DNA of 64,000 nucleotides, from contig CAYMRP010000001.1 of assembly GCA_964392925.1 (NCBI GenBank), positions 165,585-229,584 of the forward strand. Direction: 5' to 3'. Source of the stretch: an uncultured Gammaproteobacteria bacterium (GTDB lineage: Bacteria; Patescibacteriota; Microgenomatia; Daviesbacterales; UBA10151). The notes below the pieces were generated by a model that saw only the letters and a program-made list of their open reading frames with translations, had not been told where the DNA came from and did no database searches. Positions 18,635 to 25,726 of this stretch are shown here, piece by piece. Position numbers and translations under genes: made by a program. Numbering within the stretch: the stretch's first letter is position 1; each line of letters begins with the position of its first letter.

Positions 18635-19000
18635 TGTCATACCGGACTTGATCCGGTATCCAGAAACTTTGCTTATGTCGTATAAGACATACTATGTTTA
18701 TATTTTGGCTAGTCAAAGAAACGGAACTCTCTATATTGGAGTCACTAATGATTTAAAGCGAAGAATTTGGGAGCATAAACATGATTTGGTTAAAGGTTTC
18801 ACAAAAGAGTATGGGGTGCATATACTGGTTTATTTTGAGCAGCATGAAGACGTTGAGCAAGCAATATTAAGAGAAAAGAAAATCAAAAGGTGGAGTAGAA
18901 AATGGAAATTAGCACTTATAGAAAAAGATAATCCAGAATGGAAAGATCTTTACTCCAACCTCTTTTAACTGGATCCCGCATCAAGTGCGGGATGACAAAT
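18635..19000. mobile_element. candidate miniature mobile element: inverted hairpin repeats flanking a GIY-YIG nuclease gene
   Basis: Left hairpin tGTCATaCCggacttgatccGGtATcc (18635-18661) and right hairpin GGATcCCgcatcaagtgcGGgATGACa (18972-19000) are reverse-complement family members; element begins 3 bp after the dnaE stop. Confidence 0.5.
18675..18968 (+). CDS. small GIY-YIG nuclease family protein (UPF0213-like)
   Basis: YYVYIL...GTLYIGVTNDLKRRIWEH...EKKIKRWSRKWK GIY-YIG core; ATG at 18675 preferred because the TTG-initiated 5' extension from 18648 is translated from the hairpin. Confidence 0.75.
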   Translation: MSYKTYYVYILASQRNGTLYIGVTNDLKRRIWEHKHDLVKGFTKEYGVHILVYFEQHEDVEQAILREKKIKRWSRKWKLALIEKDNPEWKDLYSNLF

Positions 19001-19035
19001 TTGAAATGGCGATTTTGATATAGTATGATATCTTC

Positions 19036-19392
19036 ATGACTAAGCTTGGTAAAGATAGAATTTGTGAATATATGTTGCCTGCCTGGAATATTCCTTCAGG
19101 AAATGACTCTCCAGCATACGCAATGTGCGGTAGGACTCTATACAATGAGGATTGTATCAATACTGCCCTTGACGAAACAAACTGTCCTAGGGCAGCTACA
19201 AAACCAAAGGGTCTTACTTACGATGGGTTTGAAGCTCGTAGGTCCCGGAGAATATTAGAGATACAGAAGGCTGCAGGTGGTCCATTCTTATATCCCGGTC
19301 TACCTACTAGAGGAGAAGCTGAAGCAAAACTTTCTGAAATTCACCAACGTTTCGAAAATGCATCTACGACTAATAAGAGTCTTGGTGAGTAG
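19036..19392 (+). CDS. hypothetical protein (orphan, Cys-containing)
   Basis: 118-aa ORF preceded by TTGAAA-17-TATGAT promoter-like element; no recognisable domain. Confidence 0.35.
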   Translation: MTKLGKDRICEYMLPAWNIPSGNDSPAYAMCGRTLYNEDCINTALDETNCPRAATKPKGLTYDGFEARRSRRILEIQKAAGGPFLYPGLPTRGEAEAKLSEIHQRFENASTTNKSLGE

Positions 19393-19433
19393 CTGTTGTA
19401 TTTACGCTCAATTTACTGTAAAATTCCAAAAGT

Positions 19434-19772
19434 ATGTTATCAATGCAATTCAAAGACACAAAAATAACTATCGGTGACACGATTAAAGTTAAATATAATA
19501 TAGTTGAAGGTGGTAAAACCCGTGTTCAGGCATTCGAAGGAATCCTGATTTCTGCGCAAGGTAAAACCGAAGATGATAAAACTTTCACAGTCCGTAAAAT
19601 CGGGGACAGGGGAGTTGGAGTCGAAAGAATCTGGCCTCTAACTGCTAACACTTTAGTTGATATTGAAGTTGTTAAAAATTCCAAAAAAGGTAAAAACGGT
19701 AAAGTCGGAGTCCGACGCGCTAAACTTTACTACCTCCGCGACGTTAAAGGTCGAATGGCCACCCGTGTTTAG
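19434..19772 (+). CDS. rplS: 50S ribosomal protein L19
   Basis: Conserved L19 core (KTRVQAFEGILISAQG...FTVRKIGDRGVGVERIWPL). Confidence 0.9.
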   Translation: MLSMQFKDTKITIGDTIKVKYNIVEGGKTRVQAFEGILISAQGKTEDDKTFTVRKIGDRGVGVERIWPLTANTLVDIEVVKNSKKGKNGKVGVRRAKLYYLRDVKGRMATRV

Positions 19773-19791
19773 GTTCAGGATGAACGATTAA

Positions 19792-19842
19792 GGATTAATG
19801 AATTCGAAAAATCTTTAATCTTGAATCTTTAATCATTAATCC
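19792..19842. repeat. imperfect palindrome/inverted repeat (GGATTAATGA ... TCATTAATCC) centred on GAATTC with internal direct repeat atctttaatc x2
   Basis: Read directly in the rplS-rnhB intergenic region; may act as terminator or operator. Confidence 0.4.
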
Positions 19843-19904
19843 TCTAGAATCTGTTTGTGGTATTCGCAGACTTCTCAGTAGAAACACCTCTTTGGTCCCA
19901 AGGC

Positions 19905-20468
19905 ATGAATTTAATTTGTGGTATTGATGAAGTCGGCCGCGGCTGCTTTGCTGGACCCGTTGTCGCTGGTGCTGTAATTTTCCCAAATGGCGCTAAATTA
20001 ATAGAAGGCATCGCTGATTCGAAGTTATTAACCCCAAAAAAACGGGTTGAACTTGCCAAAAGAATAAAAGACAAAGCCTCAGCTTGGGCTATTGGTGAAA
20101 TCTCAGTTCCCGATATTAATCAATTTGGAATTGGCAACGCCACTCAAATGGCCTTCTCTAAAGCCGTTGAAAACTTAGGCAAAGCTGCCGATTATTTTCT
20201 AATTGATGCATTCTACGTAAAAACTCTTGATAAGCTAAAACAACAGCCTATTCCCGGAGGTGACCGCATCTCGGCTTCAATAGCCGCAGCCTCAATTGTC
20301 GCCAAGGTCTATCGAGACGAGCTAATGCAAAAACTCCACTTAGATTTTCCAGACTATGGTTTTGATAAACATAAAGGCTACGGTACTAGCTTCCACCGCC
20401 AGATGATTAAAAAATTCGGCCTCTCAACTCTCCACCGCAAATCCTTCAAACTAGACAAATTTTTGTAG
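19905..20468 (+). CDS. rnhB: ribonuclease HII
   Basis: ICGIDEVGRGCFAGPVVAGAVIF and DSK motifs; start taken at MNLICGIDE. Confidence 0.85.
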   Translation: MNLICGIDEVGRGCFAGPVVAGAVIFPNGAKLIEGIADSKLLTPKKRVELAKRIKDKASAWAIGEISVPDINQFGIGNATQMAFSKAVENLGKAADYFLIDAFYVKTLDKLKQQPIPGGDRISASIAAASIVAKVYRDELMQKLHLDFPDYGFDKHKGYGTSFHRQMIKKFGLSTLHRKSFKLDKFL

Positions 20469-20470
20469 CC

Positions 20471-20569
20471 TGTCATCGTCGCAAATGCGGGAAAGTATCA
20501 TTCCAGCGAAGGCTGGAAGATTTTTAATTGGATCCCTGCCTGCGAAGGGATGACGATTGAGGATGACAA
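20471..20569. repeat. cluster of hairpin-repeat family members: degenerate unit 20471-20495, tATCATTCCAGCgaaGGCTGGAAga 20496-20520, GGATCCCTgcctgcgaAGGGATGACg 20530-20555, half-site gaggatgacaag 20558-20569
   Basis: Same GGATyCC...GGrATGAC-flanked hairpins as around the GIY-YIG gene, here with no gene between the inverted units. Confidence 0.65.
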
Positions 20570-20571
20570 GT

Positions 20572-20949
20572 ATGTCTACTTTTAATAAAGAACAAGGCAA
20601 ATACGGAGAAGACTTAGCCTGCAAATACCTTGCAGGTTTAGATTACGAAATTATCGAGCGCAACTACTTAATCAGGGGCGGAGAAATTGATATTGTAGCC
20701 AGAGAGGGGGACACCACTGTTATCATCGAAGTTAAACTTCGCCAAGGAGACCAATATGGCTCAGCGATTGAATCTATCACTCCCTCAAAAATTAAATTTC
20801 TAATAAGAACCACCAAGGTTTATGCGCTGGAGAAAAATATCAAAGGCGGTTTACGGATTGATTTAATAGCAATTGATTTTAAAAGCGGTAAACTCGAAAT
20901 AGAACATATCAAAGATATTACCGAAGGCTATAGTTCAACAAACTGGTGA
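20572..20949 (+). CDS. yraN: YraN/UPF0102 family endonuclease
   Basis: GEDLACKYL...EIDIVAREGDTTVIIEVKLRQ conserved UPF0102 core; conserved rplS-rnhB-yraN synteny; the annotated upstream start codons lie inside the hairpin repeat. Confidence 0.75.
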   Translation: MSTFNKEQGKYGEDLACKYLAGLDYEIIERNYLIRGGEIDIVAREGDTTVIIEVKLRQGDQYGSAIESITPSKIKFLIRTTKVYALEKNIKGGLRIDLIAIDFKSGKLEIEHIKDITEGYSSTNW

Positions 20950-21033
20950 CCTTTACTTTTCGAAATGAGCCTGCTCATGAGAAAATACATTAGGTATTTT
21001 CTCGCTCCGCTCGAAAAATATAAGGTGCAATTT

Positions 21034-21062
21034 TTGAAACTAGAGGCTAAATAGGGTATAAT
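21034..21062 (+). promoter_or_regulatory. sigma70-like promoter (TTGAAA-17-TATAAT), near-leaderless transcript for ORF 21074
   Basis: Canonical -35/-10 hexamers with 17-nt spacer ending about 11 nt before the ATG. Confidence 0.55.
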
Positions 21063-21073
21063 ATACAACTGCT

Positions 21074-21574
21074 ATGAGACCTGAAGCTGTTAAAGCTAAA
21101 ATTAACTCAGAAGTATATCCCAATAATCCGGGGCCCAATTTTAGTAATCCAAGAGACACATTTCTAAGAGAAAATGCACTAAATCTATCCGGATCTAAAC
21201 CTCTAATAATTAATCCTGAAGCTAAATCCTTTGCCTCAGCCGGAAAATATCCTTTTATTAGACCAATAAATGCTGAAGTTTTTACTCAGACTGCACCTGA
21301 AAAGTCTGTAATTGATCAGGTGAAAGATTCCGAAACCTACAATCCTTCTAAACGCTCAAGAGAGCTAACCAGAACCGAAAAAGGCAAACTAATTATCTTT
21401 AAACGCAAACGCCCCAGCCGCTGCGATAACTCCCACGATCCTGAAACTGATCCTTGCGGCAGCCCAAGATGCAAAACAAAAGGCCGAAGGAAGGTTCTAA
21501 AAGAAAACGCACCAGATAAAAGACGAAAAGCCCGAAGCAGAGTTGTATTTGGCTCCCCTAAGAAAATAAAGTAA
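21074..21574 (+). CDS. hypothetical basic protein (Lys/Arg-rich C-terminus)
   Basis: 166-aa ORF; C-terminal KRKRPSR...RRKARSR basic tract. Confidence 0.4.
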   Translation: MRPEAVKAKINSEVYPNNPGPNFSNPRDTFLRENALNLSGSKPLIINPEAKSFASAGKYPFIRPINAEVFTQTAPEKSVIDQVKDSETYNPSKRSRELTRTEKGKLIIFKRKRPSRCDNSHDPETDPCGSPRCKTKGRRKVLKENAPDKRRKARSRVVFGSPKKIK

Positions 21575-21629
21575 TATTACGCTCAGATTAGTTCTTGCTA
21601 ACAATCTTTAAAAGGTTCAATATGTTTCT

Positions 21630-22043
21630 ATGATAGTCAAAATTGAAGGCGCAGAACCCGGATATAAAGGCTTAAAAGAATTCACTACTGGTCAGAGGAT
21701 TATTGATATATCACTTCCAACTGACAGTTTACCCGATGATATAAAACTGAAAGGATTCTCTGTGGACAGGCATCGCTTCCCCGGAGGATTAAGCTTATTC
21801 ATAGCAGCTATGACTTTAGAGATAGGTGAGCGTAATTTGATAATGACAGGGTCGCCTCGCACAAAAAATGCAGATGCAGAGCCACAGGTAATTTTTGGCT
21901 CCCACTTTCAGGGAAAGTCTATACCGGCTGTTCTTAGACACGAAAATATGCCCTATAACGGCACAATTATTTTCCCCAAGAACACAGTTTCAACGGAGAG
22001 TGTGGATGTGAGGTTTGTGAAACAATTTAAGTGGCCTGTTTAA
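21630..22043 (+). CDS. hypothetical protein
   Basis: 137-aa ORF, no recognisable domain. Confidence 0.35.
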   Translation: MIVKIEGAEPGYKGLKEFTTGQRIIDISLPTDSLPDDIKLKGFSVDRHRFPGGLSLFIAAMTLEIGERNLIMTGSPRTKNADAEPQVIFGSHFQGKSIPAVLRHENMPYNGTIIFPKNTVSTESVDVRFVKQFKWPV

Positions 22044-22056
22044 GAGGTATTCAAAC

Positions 22057-22269
22057 TCAAGAAGTGCCGTATTTTTCATCGACTTCAGCTTTTTCCTGCT
22101 CAGCTGCAGCCTCAGCATCTGCTTGAACTGTATCAGCCTCAGCCTTTAAATTATCAGCCGTAGTCTGTAAATCAGCTGCCGCTCCGCTATCATCCAGCGT
22201 CGCTGCTGTTTGCTCAATCTGAGCCGCTTCATCTCTTTTATTATCTGCCTCTTCTACATTAGGTTCCAT
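22057..22269 (-). CDS. small acidic Ala/Glu/Asp-rich protein (paralogue of 22335-22565)
   Basis: Starts MEPNVEEADNK..., same N-terminal pattern as neighbour MDPNEQEADQK... Confidence 0.45.
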   Translation of the reverse strand: MEPNVEEADNKRDEAAQIEQTAATLDDSGAAADLQTTADNLKAEADTVQADAEAAAEQEKAEVDEKYGTS

Positions 22270-22334
22270 ATTTGTATATATTATTCCTTTCCTGAAAAAA
22301 TAAAGTTAATAAATAGTAAGAAAAAAGTAAGCTT

Positions 22335-22565
22335 TTAGCCTCCGTTTTGCATAGCTGCTTTATTGTGATCCGCAACATTAGCCTCATTAATTTGGGATTC
22401 AGTATCAATCTTTTGCTGTTCAGCAGTCTCCCTTAAATTATTAGCACTTTCATTTAACTCAGAAGCGGTCTTTTCATTGCCCTGATTCCTCATATTCTCT
22501 CCTGTAGCCTCCACCTCTTCGGCTTCCATAAGTTTTTGATCTGCTTCCTGTTCATTAGGGTCCAT
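22335..22565 (-). CDS. small acidic protein (tandem paralogue)
   Basis: See previous; similar upstream A-rich leaders. Confidence 0.45.
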   Translation of the reverse strand: MDPNEQEADQKLMEAEEVEATGENMRNQGNEKTASELNESANNLRETAEQQKIDTESQINEANVADHNKAAMQNGG

Positions 22566-22630
22566 AGTTGAATACTAAATGATAGGGATAAATAAATTGC
22601 AAAAAATAAGTAAGGGAAAAGTTAGAAATT

Positions 22631-23266
22631 TTACTCTACAACCTCTTCACCTTCAAAAATAACCTCTTCCCCCGAAGATGCCCCTGCAGCTGCGGTCTGA
22701 GTAGTCGTATTCTCAGGTGCCGCAAAAGCAAATTCTCCTGTTACCTTTTGATAAACTTCCATCCAAAACATCTCTTCAACCAGAGGCATTTCTACCGTAA
22801 ATAAAATCCCTTGATCCAAAGCGCCTAACATCAAACGATCTGTTGTTCTGACTTCAAAAGCCTTCAATTCTCCTAATTTCTTTTCAGCCGGAACTGTTCC
22901 TTCCGGCAATCCCTGATCCTTAATCCATTCCTGAATATTCTTAAATTTACTATCTACAATCCTCAAATTCAAACTGCCGCTTTTATCTTTGGAAAATAAC
23001 TGCAAATCCGCATACGCATCGGGATCAACAACTGTATCTACCTCCGAAGCCCTATTAGAAATAGAAACATTATCCGGATAACTAAAACTAAATCCCGCCG
23101 GATCGCTATAATCAATAAAAGTTTTGGAGGGCACAACTTCCTTAAGTGTCTCTAAAGATGCATCACTCAAAGGCTTTAAATTTTTAGGCTGAGTAAATAT
23201 ATATAATCCCGCCCCAGCAACTAAAACCACTACTACAACTACTAAACTAAGCGTTTTTGTATTCAC
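22631..23266 (-). CDS. hypothetical N-terminally anchored exported protein
   Basis: N-terminal TM/signal (LSLVVVVVVLVAGAGLYIF) then soluble domain. Confidence 0.45.
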   Translation of the reverse strand: MNTKTLSLVVVVVVLVAGAGLYIFTQPKNLKPLSDASLETLKEVVPSKTFIDYSDPAGFSFSYPDNVSISNRASEVDTVVDPDAYADLQLFSKDKSGSLNLRIVDSKFKNIQEWIKDQGLPEGTVPAEKKLGELKAFEVRTTDRLMLGALDQGILFTVEMPLVEEMFWMEVYQKVTGEFAFAAPENTTTQTAAAGASSGEEVIFEGEEVVE

Positions 23267-23281
23267 AAAAATTAGTATATC

Positions 23282-23740
23282 ATGGTATTCTTTACAAACA
23301 TGAAATTTCTGTCGATGCTTCTTCTAATTCTTTTTTCGCTATTTATATTACCTATCAATGTTGAAGCTAAAGTTCTACCTCAAGCTGGGAAATCAGGCAC
23401 TAAAGCAGTAGTCCGCTCCGGTGGAGGAACTACAATCGGTGTTTATCCGCGCCTCAGAGCCGACAAAAAAGCAGTCATCGTTAATTTCTCCAATCTCCAA
23501 AACGCCAAACTGGTAGCCTATTCACTAATTTATTCCCACGGCGCAGCTGGTCAACAGGAAGGTGCAGGCGGCGGACTTGTCTTAGGCGGCAAATCAAACG
23601 ACACAGCCGAACTTCTATTCGGTACATGCTCCAACAAAGTCTGTCGATATCACACCGGAATTAAAGACGCGAGACTCGAAGTTTCCTATACCTCAACAAA
23701 CGGCAAAAAATACCTCAAAAAATTCAAAATAAAAATCTAA
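23282..23740 (+). CDS. hypothetical secreted protein
   Basis: Signal-peptide-like N-terminus, 152 aa. Confidence 0.4.
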   Translation: MVFFTNMKFLSMLLLILFSLFILPINVEAKVLPQAGKSGTKAVVRSGGGTTIGVYPRLRADKKAVIVNFSNLQNAKLVAYSLIYSHGAAGQQEGAGGGLVLGGKSNDTAELLFGTCSNKVCRYHTGIKDARLEVSYTSTNGKKYLKKFKIKI

Positions 23741-23746
23741 TTAACC

Positions 23747-24229
23747 ATGTCCAAACTTAGCTACCATAAAAAAGACATCTCATTGACTGGGGTGATCTGG
23801 GCGGGAATCCTCACTTCTATTGGAATATTAATGTTCCAAAACCGCGCATACATCACACTTTTTAACATTGAAGAATCCCAATGGGGATTCTTATTCAGAA
23901 TCTTCATGATTAAGTATTATTATGTAGGATTTTCTTTCGGTCTGATATTTGCAGCAATCTTAATCCTCTACAACTCAATTAAATGGGGTCTTCCTAAGGG
24001 TTTAAGGGTACCAATTGATAGTGGAGTTGCCTCATTGGGAAAACAGCGTAGAGACATGCAGGAACGCCAGTATAAAGTAACTTTTAAATCACTAATGATA
24101 TTTATTATTCTAATTCTCTTCTTCATTTTCCTATTCAGCAGCCTGGAGATCTTGGGGATCGCTAGCATGGCGGATTTCGTTTACGATTCAGATACTTTTT
24201 TCAAGGGAGTAGAAACTAGAAATCGTTAG
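23747..24229 (+). CDS. hypothetical membrane protein (4 TM)
   Basis: Hydrophobic segments throughout 160-aa ORF. Confidence 0.4.
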   Translation: MSKLSYHKKDISLTGVIWAGILTSIGILMFQNRAYITLFNIEESQWGFLFRIFMIKYYYVGFSFGLIFAAILILYNSIKWGLPKGLRVPIDSGVASLGKQRRDMQERQYKVTFKSLMIFIILILFFIFLFSSLEILGIASMADFVYDSDTFFKGVETRNR

Positions 24230-24260
24230 GATTCTTCTGGATGAATGTTGTGATTGGGAT

Positions 24261-24288
24261 AAAAACCAGCCCTAGAGGCTGGTTTTTT
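24261..24288. terminator. bidirectional intrinsic terminator aaaaaccagcc-ctaga-ggctggtttttt
   Basis: Perfect GC-containing hairpin flanked by A-run and T-run between ORF 23747-24229 and tRNA-Lys. Confidence 0.7.
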
Positions 24289-24293
24289 AAATG

Positions 24294-24365
24294 TGATCCG
24301 ACTGGGATTCGAACCCAGGACCAAAAGCTTAAAAGGCTTCTGCTCTACCGCTGAGCTATCGGACC
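24294..24365 (-). tRNA. tRNA-Lys (anticodon UUU)
   Basis: Reverse complement folds as ggtccga/tcggatc acceptor, anticodon stem gaagc/gcttt with loop cuUUUaa, T-loop ttcgaat. Confidence 0.8.
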
Positions 24366-24533
24366 ATCGGAGCAAACTTCCTTATAAGTCGATGCTGAAA
24401 GCATCGCAATACAAATAGAGTTTGCGAGATCGCTTGCAAATTGCTTTAGCAATTTGACAAGGGGCGGAGAAGCTTCACTCACGCCAATGCCAATTATACT
24501 TGTTATGAGGCTGAAATATCAACCAAACACAGA

Positions 24534-24557
24534 AAAAGCCCCTCACGGGGCTTTTTC
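24534..24557. terminator. strong bidirectional intrinsic terminator aaaaagcccctcacggggcttttt
   Basis: 7-bp GC-rich stem flanked by A5 and T5 inside the 613-nt tRNA-Lys/tRNA-Glu spacer. Confidence 0.7.
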
Positions 24558-24835
24558 CCTTCTCGCCATACAAAGAATTATTGCTAAATCTTCGTACATA
24601 AACAAACTGAGACAGTCAGAATATGTTTTAGCGAGAAATCCAATTTACATTGGACTATTAAAATAGCGATTTTCACGAAAAACGTCAACTAATCGGCTTT
24701 ATATAAAACATGATCAAAGTGCAGCTAAACTAAACATTAGACTAATTCATTCATATTTGGTAAAATTTACAGGCTCAATCGCTCCGCGCTTTATCTAGGG
24801 TTGTCAGCCCTGATCTGAAAACAGATTTAAAAAAT

Positions 24836-24885
24836 AGAGCCGCGTCTAGTATGAAGTGCCAGACGACAATTACGAGCCGCGTTCG
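24836..24885 (+). repeat. two partial copies of the tRNA-Glu 5' end (agagccgcgtctagt; gagccgcgttcg) upstream of the real gene
   Basis: 12-15 nt matches to the tRNA-Glu 5' acceptor/D region at 24836-24850 and 24874-24885. Confidence 0.5.
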
Positions 24886-24978
24886 GCATTAGAGTGTGGA
24901 GTTGCTCTTTGACAACGATCTAAAGAGCAAACGAAACACTCGCAGACGAAAAGCGGCGAATGGAGCGAAGCGCAATGA

Positions 24979-25051
24979 GCCGCGTTCGTCTAGTGGTTAG
25001 GACGCTGGGTTTTCATCCCAGTAATCACGGGTTCGACTCCCGTACGCGGTA
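24979..25051 (+). tRNA. tRNA-Glu (anticodon UUC)
   Basis: gccgcgt acceptor, 3-bp D-stem GTC/GAC as in Glu tRNAs, anticodon stem ctggg/cccag with loop uuUUCau, T-loop ttcgact; G1-U72 wobble. Confidence 0.75.
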
Positions 25052-25107
25052 CAAGTTTAAAGTCCTATAGTTTGATAAATCCACTTTTGTTTGGTAAAAT
25101 TCATCAC

Positions 25108-25653
25108 ATGAGTGAGTTCTACATTCCAACAGCTAGTGAGCAATTAAGCCTCCCGAGGAGTGGCCTAATTAAGGTTACCCATTCATTTGCCAGAAGAGTT
25201 CGTTCTCTTGTGCAAAGGAAGGGGATAGAATTTTCCGACTCAAAATCCAGAACTAAATCAGAAAAAAGAATGGTAGCCAAAATTAATGCCAGAGGAGGCA
25301 GGCCGCTTGCTGATATTCATGGAATACTCTTTGTAATGGATGAGGATTCTTTCGATCCGGCCTTTGACTTATTAAGACAGGAATACCCCACACCTGATTT
25401 ATTCCCGTCAGGGATGGCGACCAAAAGGGATCGCCGTGATCCGGAAATTAGACGAAGTATAAATTCAGCCAGTGATGACAGGTTCCGTCCCGTGATCTTT
25501 AATCTTTTAATTCCTAATGGAGCCAGGATTGCTGAAGTTCAACTGATGACTCCTGAAACATACCAAATAGGCCGTGAAACCAGATCTCAATATGTGTGGA
25601 CTCAGCAATTTCTAAATCGTAATTTTCAGTACCCTACTAATAATTTAAGATAA
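25108..25653 (+). CDS. hypothetical protein (orphan, Arg/Asp/Pro-rich)
   Basis: TTGATA-17-TAAAAT promoter-like element then ATG at 25108 (MSEFYIPT...). Confidence 0.4.
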   Translation: MSEFYIPTASEQLSLPRSGLIKVTHSFARRVRSLVQRKGIEFSDSKSRTKSEKRMVAKINARGGRPLADIHGILFVMDEDSFDPAFDLLRQEYPTPDLFPSGMATKRDRRDPEIRRSINSASDDRFRPVIFNLLIPNGARIAEVQLMTPETYQIGRETRSQYVWTQQFLNRNFQYPTNNLR

Positions 25654-25726
25654 GACCTATATATTCTTTCTATATATTGACAGAGCGTTCCATTTTGTGG
25701 TTATCTGTTACTTGCATTTATAGGAT

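Noticed and set aside
20965-21011. Hairpin gagaaaatac-attag-gtattttctc after yraN as an intrinsic terminator
   Set aside because: A 10-bp AT-rich stem is present but no downstream T-run. It may still be a processing or termination signal but is not a canonical terminator.
24366-24978. tmRNA, RNase P RNA, SRP RNA or 6S RNA in the long tRNA-Lys/tRNA-Glu spacer
   Set aside because: None of the strongly conserved landmarks (GGAUUCGAC for tmRNA, AGGAAAGUCCGGGCU for RNase P, AGGAAGCAGC for SRP) are present. ORF 24454-24666 spans a terminator and is rejected as spurious.
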